The notes beneath the pieces are model-generated. The model was not told the origin of the DNA and made no database searches. It was given only the letters and a program-made list of their open reading frames with translations. This document shows, piece after piece, positions 28,359-41,103 of a stretch of DNA of 64,000 nt; the first letter of the stretch is position 1; every line of letters begins with the position of its first letter. Both the position numbers and the translations under genes were made by a program. The stretch is from Podarcis erhardii (Eukaryota), in the NCBI GenBank assembly GCA_964252035.1, contig CAXUOO010000189.1; one strand, 5' to 3'.

Positions 28359-30858
28359 TTAAGAACCTCTGATCCTTCCATTATCAGAGTCGATCGGTCC
28401 GCCCCTAAGTCCTGCAATATGAAATCCTGACGCAGGACCTCCCTCGACCTACAGTATGTGTAATTGATTCTAATATACTTCGTGTTCTTGAACTTTGACT
28501 AACCATGTCTTTCAACAGAACTTCTCCTTTACAAGGCCAGAACACTGATATGAGCAGCACATCTAGTAGCGTTTATGAGACCTGCACATTGCTTCCATAC
28601 TGACCGGCGCATGTAACGCTTGCTGCTTGTCGCCCTTCCAGCGACAGCGACTCAAAGTTTTGTCTTTCTTCACACGGTCCTACGTACTTAGCCTTTGAAA
28701 ATTACATGGTTTCAAGCACTAACTGGTTGAGCCGCATATTCTTGTTGCTCGTTACCGGTGCCAAACACATCGTCTTCATTTTTGTCCATTCAAGAGGACA
28801 GGGTGAGGAGTAATCTCGGCTGCAGGTTTGAGTGTGCTGTATACACGGCCAGCTGACCAGACAGGTCATTTCAAATAGCTCTTTTTCTTCTTTCGTTTTG
28901 CCTGCAAAGTCGACATCCTCGTTGCAAGGGCCGCCATAATCTTCCTGTTTGACAGTGTGGTAATAACAAGGATGTATCAAATGAAATAGCATTTTCAACA
29001 TACGGTAGGCGAGCACCTCTCAGATTCTATGTTAGACCACTTTTCGGGACAGACTGCGAAATAATCACGCTGGCACACCTCCTTACAAGGAAACACGGTG
29101 TTGCATTTTTTTTCAAAAATAATCTTTGTTGGCCCATCTAGCAGGCCAATATTTTCGATGGGACCACAAGGGCCAACGTAAGCCGCTGGAGCACGACATC
29201 GGCCGTTTTCTCCTGAATTATCATAGTATACCAATTATAAAGACGTTTGGCGAATAGATCTGATACCCGTATGTAGCCAGCCCTCTGGACAGGCTGCTGC
29301 GTAATCGCGTTCGCATTCTGCTCTGCAAGGCCCTAGGTCATTTATGTGAGATATTCCTTTCATTTCCTAGAAGCCGCGGAAGTACTTTGTCACGGCAAAC
29401 GCGGGCTTACAATATGTTCCACAGGAAGCGCTCCAGTGCTCTTTTCGTGCACTGAAGTGCAATATAGTATCAGTAGGGGTAAACAATTCAGTGATTTGTA
29501 GCCTTTACATCGAGAAACTTGCAAAATTCTCCTTTCTCTCACATCGTCCTGTGTGGATCAACAAGACTGAGAACAGATTTTCGTGAAATATCGACCACCT
29601 AATTCACCAGAGTAAGATGATGGCGCAGCACAATTGCCCCCGCCTACGCTGAAATCGGACGGTGCTGTCCTCCAGTATTATGAGAGTAATGGAACCTAGA
29701 ACTACCGCTTACTTAATCCAGTTTAGCGGACATAGCGCCGTATAGTCTCTTTCGCACTTCTGCAAACTGTAGTTAACTGATATGAAGCTGCAATTCACAT
29801 AGTACAAGTGTTGGCGTTAACTACCAGGGCCAAGTGATGAGGCACTCAAATTCTCTCGTCTGTTTCTCCTCTGCGGACAAGGCAAAATTTCCAACAGACG
29901 CGCAGGGGCCTGCCTCAAGCAGGATTTTGGTTTCTATTAGTTATTGGCTGGATGTGGCACGGCTGATATACGTCACACCTATGTATGCGGGAGGGGCTTT
30001 ACATGATATGCCGTCTTCTAGTTCGCTCCATGAGAAAGGACACAACTGACTATAGTCGTGTTCGCATCCCTCAACTTCCGCATACGCGCTCCGCACACGC
30101 CTGGCTGCCTCGGTTGACATCGATTCTTCTAATTTACTCAAGTCGTAACCAATAGTCGACGCTTTTAGCTTGCGGCTTTCGTCAACTGCTTTTTGCGACT
30201 CTACCGCAACCGTCTCCATCTACACAAAGAATTTGATATGATCAGAGAAGTAGTATGGAATGCGAAGAAGATATTGCATACTACATCAGCGCATTCGGGT
30301 GGAGCTTTATTTTTTTCCTGCTTCTTCCTTCTGAGATCTTTCAGCTGCTCTGCACCATTCGATGGAACGACGCTCGAGGATCACGTGTTGACTTGCTAAG
30401 TTTTTTGTACCAGTGGCTGCTTTTCGCAAGCACTCTTTATCTCTTTTTCAACTAGCGCTTTATGAGTAAAAGGGACCTGCAAGGGTTGTTTTGACGTGGA
30501 ATGGACCTGGTGAACTAAGACACATATTCACCTGGGTGGTTTCTTTTCTGGCTTCTGCAAGGCATTTTTGAAATAGCTCTTCTTTGGTCGGAATAGGTTC
30601 AGCATTATTCAAAGCTGCCTCGGCTGCATGTTGTTTACATAATTCTTTGCTGACCGCCTCGGAACGAAGAACCTGGCGTAAAAGGTCTCCATTCTTTTCT
30701 TGCGCTCGGTAGCTATGTGCCGAAGCTGATAAATTCCCTTCCTGTGCGGAATTGTTCAGATAGGGAGAGGGGGCAGAAAAACGAAAAGAGCAAGATTGGA
30801 GCGCTGAGATAAAGAAATAAAGGGAGACTGTAAAAAGAGTACTCTCTGTTTTCATCAT
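28359..30858 (-). CDS. CPW-WPC family protein (four CPW-WPC domains, N-terminal signal-peptide-like segment)
   Basis: Exons 30532-30858, 29979-30219, 29825-29909 and further short exons to the TAA at 28359-28361. Four repeats: CEHDYSQLCPFSW..CKAPPAYIGPC..ECLITWPC; CERDYAAACPEGW..CRAPAAYVGPC..KCNTVFPC; CQRDYFAVCPEKW..CSPTEDYGGPC..TCLVSWPC; CSRDYSSPCPLEW..CLAPAKYVGPC..TCAVFWPC. The C-terminus reads GGPIDSDNGRIRGS*. This matches the apicomplexan CxxDYxxxCPxxW...YxGPC...CxxxWPC signature. One short exon between domains 1 and 2 is uncertain. Confidence 0.93.
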
Positions 30859-31807
30859 AGTCAAAAGTTATTGATGCTGCCATGTCTCAGCGATCTTCCT
30901 GCACGGTATGCGGCAGTCTCTACTGCCAGTTAGGTTTTATATGTACATGCAGAAATGCTGTACAGACACCTGTATCACCACGCACCGCCTCGGTGGCACA
31001 ACGTTCGACTGTTATCAGAATACGATCTCTGTCTAATGTAACTTCCGAGAAGAAGAGCACTTGCAGTCGGTCAGACATGCATCAGCTTTGAAGATAGCAA
31101 GCTACCGGCGAAATTGAATGGCTCGTCTCGATAATAGCTGGCGGCAGTCACCAAGATTAAAGCGCATATAGATTGGTTAGAATAGCCCGACGTGTTGAAG
31201 ACGGTATTATTGCCGTCGAAGTTCATATACGAGTAAGCTAGGAGGCCCCACGTCATCAATCTTCGTGCTTGACAAAACAGGCAAGGGCAAGCAAACTGCA
31301 TCGGTGCTGTTTACGAGTGAAGCGGTAACCCTCCCATGATAGACCTGGTGAAAAAGTATTAGGTTCGGCCGCTGAGGTGCCACCTTCAGCATAATACACT
31401 TGGCCATACAATGCGGTGGGCCGACCGCGGTCTGATAGTTTTCTGAAAATTCGCTAAATTTAGCTAGTGCTCGAGTTCATAAAGTGTGTGGGGCAGCGTC
31501 TAGTATGCCAATAAGCGAATCACATCTACTTCGTATATTGGACTGGTACAGCCGTAGCAATTTTTCCTCTCATTAAAGCGCGTCCGAATCCGTCAGGTGT
31601 TTGGAGGACACTGGGAAAATACTGCTTGGCTAAACTATGAGGACATGCTGAAGCAGTTTGCTGTCGCAGTCACCAGTCGCTCAAAAACAGCAGAAAGTAT
31701 CACTACTGTTTGTTATACAAATCAAAGAACAACTCACACTTTTTTTCAAGTGCGCATGTGACCCCTGTAGTAAGCCGCAGAGTACACCCAAAAGTGGGGC
31801 TTGAACC

Positions 31808-33477
31808 ATGCTGGAAACAGATACTCCTGTCGACTCCACTGCCGATGCACAGGGCAAGTGTGAGAGCGATGACAATTCTGTTGTTGCCTCGTTGCCACCA
31901 TTGCTTAGCTTACCTCCGCAAAGCTTTGAAAGAACCATAAATCAAAGTGAGATATGTGATTCAGCTACAGTTTGTCCTTATAGTGCGGAAACTGTCAGAA
32001 AGGCGGAGGGGGGCCTCACAGGGTCTGAGCAGCATGCAAATTCTTCGACTAATGCTCGCGAGGTCGTACCACCGAACAAACAGCAGAGACAACAGCTTGA
32101 TCGTTCGTTGGTGAAGCAGTGGAAGTCCGAGTACATGAGCAGCATGAACGACGAGAATAGCTCTATACCAAGGCAACGGTATGAGAGTAATTTTTACCTG
32201 GCGTGAAATCGCCAAGTGAAGCATCAATGACTTTGCAAAGCGTCGTCAAATGTTACCGTATCACCTCATACTTCTCGCAAATGTGGAAGCAGCCATTAAC
32301 GATGTAATACTTCAATAAAGACTGACCAGTTTCTACTTTTCTGCTCTAGGTCTAAAAGCAACGTACCTTCGAAGACGCCTGTCCGCACGCATTTGTTTCA
32401 ACCGTCGCTTAATTCAACATACGCTTCGGGTAAATTGCTCTATAGGTCGTATGGTAGTGCCTCGACTCGTATGAAACTGGGCTCTGTTTAACTCTGTTGT
32501 CAAGCAGTCTCAGATTGTACTCTAGGAGCCGTGACTGTGTGGCTGTGCATACCTTCCATGCTCTACGACGCTACACCCGTACGCACTCAACACACATCAC
32601 CTTTCCTGTACAGCTATGTTATTGTGTTTCTCGTACCGCCATCAACTGGACACCCAGCTAATACATTCCGTATCAATCTTCAATTTGCACTACAGAGATC
32701 TGTCACGAGGGTAAATTACCTTTTGAAGTCCTTCCGCCCAGCGCTACTACAATCCCCTACAAGAAATGTGACCTCACGTAATCGTCGCACTAGTATTCTC
32801 TAACGATATAAACTTGAAGGATTGACCTTTCCACAGTGGTTTTTTCACAGCTAAAGAAACCTCTGTAGACGTTCCCTACGATGGTTGAACAGCATACCGT
32901 TTTACGTTGATTCCCTCTCTTGCAGGCGAGGCACGCCTGGCTATGCGGGTTACATACCTGGTTACTCGGTAGGCAGGACTTGCACGCACATGAGACGTAC
33001 CAAAAGGCATCATCCACCCAGACAATGCGCTAGAATACACACTACTGTATGCATCTTTTCGCCTAGGAAAGTTTATAGTTTTTTTCCTAACTTACAATTT
33101 CCGTAGGGCTACGTACCACGCACGAGACTGTTTTCACTTTTTGGAGACACCGACGAGGAAAGGGTTCCCAGATGTGTTAACAAAGTCAACCTGAGCGAGA
33201 CTTAGTGAGTCGCCTTTCGATCAGGTTTGGACGAAATTTTCTACCAACAGTAGTTCCTTTGACTAAGTCTGAAGCACAATAAGCTACAAAATCTTTCAAA
33301 CGTACAAAAGACTGGCAGGATCATCTGCACCGTGTACGGTTTGTTGAAAAAAGAAGTGGACACATCTGAGATATATGCGAACGCTCACGGTCGGATTCAT
33401 GCGCTACCACGCATGTGCTACTGTACTGCAGCCTCAGGGGACTGCCAGGCTATACAGGCTACATACCACATGGATGA
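31808..33477 (+). CDS. PYG-repeat protein, putative microtubule inner protein (FAM166/CIMIP2-like motif)
   Basis: Exon 1 31808-32178 and exon 2 32350-32429, then one uncertain exon. Exons 32926-32968, 33107-33204 and 33432-33477 then splice in phase to RGTPGYAGYIPGYSGYVPRTRLFSLFGDTDEERVPRCVNKVNLSETYLRGLPGYTGYIPHG*. The PGYxGYxP motif occurs three times, once assembled across an intron. Confidence 0.65.
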
Positions 33478-36400
33478 TGCAATCACGACGGTAAACTAGT
33501 TCGACTGGTTTTATCGAGCCTCCGCTCCACTTTGCTGGTGATGTGTGTATTACACGCTGTTTCGGATTGAAAAAGCGACACGATCACGCAACAAGAAAAT
33601 CTGGCACACTGCAGTTCAACGTATGAGAATATATACACTAGCTCCTAGAATCTAGAAGGCCGCTGGCAGCCGTGACAGTGATATGAGGTGACGTTAGCCG
33701 GAGATTCAGCGCCTTTTCTCTTGTTCGAACCCCTTCGCGAAGAAAAAGTCAGATGCTGGGGAGCATAAAAATTCCTTTTGTGCCTCGCCAGCCTCTGCAA
33801 ACCGGACCTAGCTGTGGGGCATTTGAAGATTATTTTTCAATATGCACCTTGGTGCACGCATTTTGTAAAAAAAATGTGCATTCGGCGGAGCAACCCTAGT
33901 GTGAACCCTTTGTCTCAAAGACAAGTTGCAATAATGAATTTTGGCAGACATTACACTGGACAACGCAAGGATATTTTAGTCCTACACACTACGTCGCACA
34001 AAAATGACGTACACATTAAATCATTAGCTATAGCAAAAATTCATAATGAAGGTGGCACTCTTTGATTGAAATCCGGTTGTGTGATCTACAAGGAAGACAC
34101 TTGCTTCCGTGCTCAAAAGAAAGGGGGGACAAAGCGCTAAGATCTGCGGCAAAACAAGTTCTGCTGTAGCCGGCAATCTACTGATGAGTTAGAGCTTTGA
34201 ATAGTTCCTCTTGCGTGTTACTGGGTAACTTCGTCTGCATGCGACAGTGTCGTGCAAATTTAACCGGAACGCACATAATCGCAGCACCATCTTCTTTCCT
34301 CACTATGTATACAAAAGTCCACTTGATGCAGCTCTAGGAAGCTTATACCAAGGAAGGCGCTGTTCGTCTGGTGCAGAATTTGACAAAATGCTCACAAGAG
34401 GGAGTCGCTATGTTGGGAAAGAAACAGGATCCTCTACATACACGAAGAAGAGATTTCCGCGAGGCTGGTCACCCGAATCCATGACGTTATGTTAGGAACT
34501 AGAGGCGAGTAAATATATAATTTCACACTCTCTTTCCCCTTGGCAACAAAGCTCGCATTGACTACGCGGTGAAGACGGGCCATGGAGATGAGTGGATATA
34601 TGATATATATACGAACTTCATACGTTTGCTACAGCCCACGAATGTTGTGTTTACTCATAGAGCACAGTAGCTTTGAAAATTAAAATTGTCAAGGTTTTCA
34701 TTGAAATCAATTACAGATACTGTACGATTTCAATGCTATCGAGACCAACAACTTCAAAACAACATGGCATTGCTTGACAATGATAATTCTACTAGAGCTT
34801 CGTAAAACGCGTTCTTTCCGAATTGCAATTGTGAATTGATCTATGATGCGTTTGAAAGGTAGAGTCTACAATGGAGCTTCGAAATCGAAGCAATAGACGA
34901 AGATTCAACTATCAGCTTAGAATTTTTTACTACGTCGTAATCGAATATGCGAATTTCAAAGCACACATATTTAGGTTTCATGAATGCACGCTCTTGTAAT
35001 CCAATACCGTGCGATTTGTCGGATCTCCCAATTTTCTTTGCAACGAATGCTCTGCATAACGCTGGACATTGCAGTTCTTGCAGCTTCCAGGTGAAGCTTA
35101 TGCGTCTCTACAATGTAGCATCGACACACTAGCGTCAGCTAAGTATCAATTTGCCACGCCGCCCCACGCCCTATATGCAAAAGAACCCTCTTTGGATGCC
35201 GTGAACGCCTCAAGGGCCAGAAATGTGAAATATGCGAAGGCAGGGTAGCAACGTCAACACACTGCTCATGACAGTCACCTTTAAACCGACATTGTTCTCA
35301 AAATTCGGAGACGTGTTACCAATCATCTGCTACGCCGATGATTTTCGATTTGGACGAATTATTGTCTGAAGTTCCTCTAATACTATACCACAAACTGGAG
35401 AATCTTGATCCCCATTGCGCAATAATGTGCGCCTGGTCGCAAGTCGGCCGTATAGTACCTCTGCTTGTCGGCCGTATAGTACGTCCGCCATAGTGATGCA
35501 TGCTCAGAAACTACTGTCTGTAGTGCAAGCGTCAGTACGCATGCAGAAGAGTAAATAAATACAGTAGGAACACTCGTCCCCGATTTACGGTGACGTCTGC
35601 ACATTCTTTGATAATGGTGTATTAAACGTACGCTGATATCAGAAGAGTAGCTTTTCCAGTACAGGAGGGTTGCATGGGGGGCTGCAATCACTGCAGCTAT
35701 CTGTAGCCGTACGAAAAATTCGCACGGAAGTGTCGTCCCGGCGCCGGCGTGTTGCTTGGTAGAGCTACAGACGATAAAATAATTTATTCTAGAGTTACCT
35801 TATAACTCTATATAATACATGTACTTAAGTGTGCGGAAAGGAAGAATGGTGCTTGCAATGCTTGCTACAACTACGTCTATGCCATATTTTTGAAATACGA
35901 AAAGCCGGAAGGCTTCGTGTCGTGTGCGTAACGAAGAGGACTGCTTCATCTTGTGTTCTGCTCCACCGCCACTAATGCAAAGCGTTATGGTATTCATCTG
36001 AATTACAATAGTATCAACTAGAACAGAGAGTGGAAAATTCGAGCGCACGTGTTGAGATTACGCTACAACTGGCGGTACGGTTGCATTTCTACAAAATAAA
36101 ATCGATAACTTTTATGTGGACAGATCATTCCTGATCCAGTTTCATCAAAACTGCCGGATGATTTCTGCACTGTAAAGCACTCTAGAACTTCTCAGAGATG
36201 TTGCCAGAAGTAATGCAAACACTAGAGCAGCAAGCATTATTTCTTGCTTTCAAGTTTTATAGCGAAGAGAGCAGCTGCGTTTCTATTCTCCAACGAAATG
36301 TCGTAGAAGATTCACCGTTTCACCTTGTATACATGCTTCTCTGTCACCTACGCAAATTCCGCCCGCCCAACAGCAGCAGGAAGCGAGACTAGCACTGCAC

Positions 36401-36559
36401 GTTCTGAAAAGTAGGCAACACTTCGCAGCAGTAAGTAGCTGCAGATATTTCTGCAAAAATATACTGCTGCTGCCTATTTTTTACAGCAAGTCATCAGCCA
36501 TCTGCCGAGTGCATGTTTGCTCCAGTCAGTCCCGTAGAGTACACGTGTTCTCGAAACCG

Positions 36560-39500
36560 ATGGAGGCAGAACAACAGGAGCGACAGTTTCAATACTGTGC
36601 GTCTAAAGCGTCAGTGCCTCCGTTACTTCCCGTGTCTCCTTGTCAAAACTTGTCCCATCAGCAGCAGCAGCAGCATGGTCGTGTTGCGAGCACTGACTCT
36701 CCCAGGCTGCTCGCCTCGCAGACGGCTGCAGCAGAAGCAGACGGAATGGTAAGCAGTTGTGCGAACTGGGGTTCTGCGTCTGCTGTGGGTGACACTAGCA
36801 GCAAGCCGGTTTCAACAAAAACTGAAAACGTCTTCTTTTACGCTTCTTCCTCTGCATGTGGAAGCAGCAGCAGTACAGCAGGAGCAGCCTATTCAGAGCC
36901 GCATCCACAGCAGTGGACTGGCACTACTTCTGCATGTGATGAGCCTTTTCCTTCATCGGAGCGAAGCCCAGCGGAGACGTTGGTTGGCAGCGCGTCGTCG
37001 ATTTACCAGACAGAACCGCGAGTCCAACAGCGTCAGCAAGACTCGCATGCAGGTGGTTTTTCAGTGTTTTCTGCAGTTTCTGCCGCTTCTCCGAGTGCAT
37101 TCGCTGGCGCCTTCCCGCGCGGTGTAACTCCTCCACAGCAGCCACATCGCCACCCTGCAGTGAAAAACGTGAACCGTCCGTCTCCTTCTTTGTTTGAGCG
37201 AAACGCTAGACACTCTGCGTTGCTGCGCCTGAGACGTTCAGACCGAGACAAAGCCGTGGCTGCTCGGAGGCGTCAGTTCATGCCTGCGGGCGCTCCGCCT
37301 CCGCCGCAGCCCTTGGCTCCCCTTCTGCAGCAGCTGCTGTTGCTCTTGCCTCTCTCTGCACATCCTCCACAGGAGCAGCAGCAGCTGGAGGCTTTGCGTC
37401 TGTTCAAACTGCTAGAAGAGCTAATCTCTTGCTTCCCTGCGTTGCTCATGCTCCATCAGTCCGAGCAGGATGACGCAGGCCCACAGAGCAGCGCCCAGTT
37501 TCCCCAGACTTTCCCCGGAGACCCTGAAGCTGCTGGTGGTGGTGGTTGTTCACAGGAAACTTTCACTAGTTTCCAGTGCTCTGCGACGACGGCGACTGCA
37601 GCGGATTCGAGAAGAGCACGCAGTGCTTTTTCTGCCCGCGACTGCCCCAGCAGTGCAGAAAACCAGTCGCTTTTGTCTTTGCTCGTGCGCGCTACCGTGA
37701 CAGTGCTGCCGCAGCTGCTGGAAACTCTCGCAAACACCAGTAGCGGAACTGCGGAAGCCCAGGCGAGCGCGCTCTCGCTGCTGCGACACGTCTGCGGCTG
37801 CGTCGCTGCTGCAGCTGCTCAGTCTCTACCAGAAGCAGCAGTGAAGGCGTGGCTGCCTTGGCTGCTGCGTGCTGGCGCCTCTCTGCAAGTTCTGGCGAGT
37901 TGCTCAGACTTGCAGGGGCAGTCTCTAGTGGGTGGAGAGGACGCGGAACACAGCAGCCTTGCCCAGAGGAGAGTTGCTGAGCAGCCCCGGAGCTTGCAGC
38001 AGCAGCAGCTGCTTTTGCGGCAAGTGGAGCGCCAGATTCTCTACGCTGTGGCGAACATGGCTGCTGACTACTCGGAAGAAGTCTTGCTAGCGGGAGGCGC
38101 AGCGACGGCTCTCTGCACCATGGAGCAAGCGCTTCTGGAGCTGCTGCGCTGCTGCACTTCTCAGGCTTCCACTGCCTCCTCAGCAGCTGCTGAGACTCCA
38201 GCAACGCCTCCCAGACTGGCAGCTGCCTCCCCCCCTCTTCTGTTTTCGAGGCAAGCACTGACAGGGACGTCTCCTGCTCCTCCTCCTGCTCCCTCTGCTG
38301 CTGCGAGTCGCCTGCGCCTCGGCTTGTGGCTGCTCTCGAATCTGCTGCGTTTTCCGCTGCCAGTCAGTTGCATGCGCGAGCTTCTGGCGGTGATGCTTCA
38401 GGGGGGCCCTGCTGCTCCGCAGGCCTGCGCCAGCCGCCACGGCGAGAACCTCCCAGGAGCACTGGGCGGAGCAGGAGCAGCTGCTGCGCCTGCTGCAGAA
38501 GAAAGCAGAAGAGGAGGACTGCAAGTGCTGCTCAGACTGCTGCAGCTGGAAGTCGAGCACCAGCATGCAGCGCTCTTGCTGGCTGCTGATGACGACAGAC
38601 GCGCAGCAGTCGCTGAAGGGCTCTGGTGTCTGCACTCGTTTCTGTTGATTGTGTTTTCGAGTCAGTCTGTGGCTTCCGCGCAGCAGCAGCGCAGTGCAGC
38701 AGCAGTTGGGGCTGGCGGGGCTGCATGCAGCGAGTCGTCGGGCCCAGCAACTCACAGCAGCCCCCCCAGCACAGCGCATGCAACTGCCTCTGGCTGCGCA
38801 GTGCCTGCTGAAGACGACGCAGAGGCCCCTGCTGCTCGCGTGCTGGCAGAAGAGAGAATTGCTGCGGCTGGGGGCGCGGCTGCTGCTGCTGCAAACTTCG
38901 AGGCGACTGTCGAAGCTCTCGAACGAGAAATTCCGACTTTGTCGGAGCTGCTGGTGCAGCTGGTTTTTCAGGCAGTCGAGGGCACTGCTCGGTTTGTGCA
39001 AGTTCACGCAGCAGAGCGCTGCTCCGAAAGTGCCCCCATCCACCACCACTCCGCTCAGAGCAGCCTTGCACCCGCAGCAGCTGCTGGTGGAGACTCGCTT
39101 TTGCCTCAGACTGAAGCGAACTTCTCCTGGGTCTCTGCAGCAACCGCAGCGACTGCTATAAAAAGTGAGGGCGCTCTGGCTGCTGAGACTCAGCGTCTGA
39201 GTCGCTTCAACAAAGACGGAGCGGACATTCTCATTCCTGCGCTGAAGACGCTCGGTGAGGACAGTCTCGCTGCTGCTGCACTTATGTGGTGTTTGAGTTG
39301 CTGCAAAGCTCTTAGTGTGCGTGAGAGACTTGCGCTACTACACGGCTTCGTGGAGTTTCGTGGCGCTCTTCCTGCTGCTACTGGTCCGAGGGAGAGTGCG
39401 TGCTGAAAGAGAAGAAGAAGAAGCAGAAGTTTTAGACGCTTCACAGCTCTCTACTAAGCAGCTGTCGCTTGTTGTTGCGGGTGTTCTGTTGCAAGAAATG

Positions 39501-41051
39501 CTTCTGCTGGGGGCGTGTGTTCCTGCAGAGTAGTTTCCACGTCGTGTTACTGCGTGTTTTCACAAACAATATATCGAGTTATTTTTCGCCTCCTTCTTAC
39601 TTTCTCTGGGACCTTCGTTATTGCTTCATTTCTTCTAGTGTCGCCTCAATCACAGTGAAATACATATACATATATATATATGTGTGTATAGTGCTAGATA
39701 TAGTGGTGTTGGTCTCTCACGAAGGTGTGGTGGTAAGAGCTTTGCGCGCTTGGTGAAAGGACACCTGCTTGCTCAAGTACATCTCTTTTCCAGCTTTCCT
39801 TCTCTGTACATGTAGTGAAAAAGGAAATTTCCTTTTTTTTTTCTCTCTCTCTCTATGTAGATATATGTGAAAATGCGTAGCTGTCTGCACGTTCCAATAG
39901 CAGATGAAAGTTATTGCTTGTTTTTTTGGCTGCAGCACTCCTTTGTTCGAATCAGCGCCTACGCACGTCGTGGGCAGACGCTTTTGTGCAGCGTGGCGGC
40001 AGTAAAATGCAGCACCTACTTGTATCGATTTTTCAAAAAAGAAGCTCCGCTCATAGGCAAGTGCGGCTGCTGCTGAAGCTGTCCCCGTTGTTTTCTCAAG
40101 ATTTTTTTTCACCTGAAATTACCTTTCTTGGGTGAAGCATCCGAAAGTCCACAGAGTCGAAGTGTGTAGCCTCTACAAACATAACAGTTGGCGGTATTTG
40201 CCGATATCCGGGAAAAATCTGGTTGTTTTTGCATGCTAATATATTCATCAAACACCTTTTACAATATATATATGTGTGTGTATGTATTTTTTTCCTCGCT
40301 GTCTACTTATGTATTTACACAAACGCCTACTTTGCCACACAATGGCTTTAACGAACTTGCTGATGGATGCCTTTTTACTACGCCTTTTAGAACTCATCTG
40401 AACGTGCCTAGGCTCCGCAGCAGGCATCGCCAACAATAGCAGCAGCAGCAGCGGAGCCGCAATCAATATATATCGTGTCGAGCTAGTTGACTCAACCTTC
40501 AACAATCTTACTGGCTACAACATACCACAACAAACACAGTGAAATGTCGGTTCCTGTCGTATCTCTATGGCCACACGTAGAGATGCCTCCACATATAAAG
40601 TCCAACCGTAAAGGATAATATATATATATATATGTCTAGGTAGGTATAATTGTCTTAAAGTTTACATACACGGAGAAATGGTCTTTTTGGGACAAAGCAA
40701 AAACAATCATCTGCCACGGTACGTCTGTGAAAGTATTTTTCACGTAGTGTTAGTACCAATACACATGTGGATAGCTACATATGTATATTGTGTTTTATGA
40801 TAAATCTGCACTGCTGAGTATGGTAGATTGAGTGTGAGAGCACTCAGTAAGAACAGCAGAGACAGAAACAGCGGCTCCATCACCACGAATGAAGATGATA
40901 TTTCGTTTTACTCGTATGCGTCAAATGTTTTTAGTATGCTTACTAGTTATTTTGGACTCAAGGTGGCGATGAGCTACGCTTGATAAGTAAATCTGTGCTC
41001 GTATACATATGCAAAAACAGAAAAATCTAGGTGTTTTTACTCGGTCTACAA

Positions 41052-41103
<52 letters not shown>

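Noticed and set aside
31071-31407. Two short overlapping - strand ORFs upstream of the CPW-WPC start
   Set aside because: No splice linkage or motif. More likely 5'UTR or promoter sequence (possible uORFs) than a separate gene.
35440-35485. Two copies of GTCGGCCGTATAGTAC with an 8-nt spacer, superficially CRISPR-like
   Set aside because: Only two 16-nt copies at a 24-nt period in a eukaryotic genome: a simple micro-duplication with no array or cas genes
37692-39143. Long - strand ORFs (188, 289 and 203 aa) opposite the importin-alpha-like exon 1
   Set aside because: Shadow ORFs caused by GC/CAG-rich coding sequence. The family motifs are all in the + frame.
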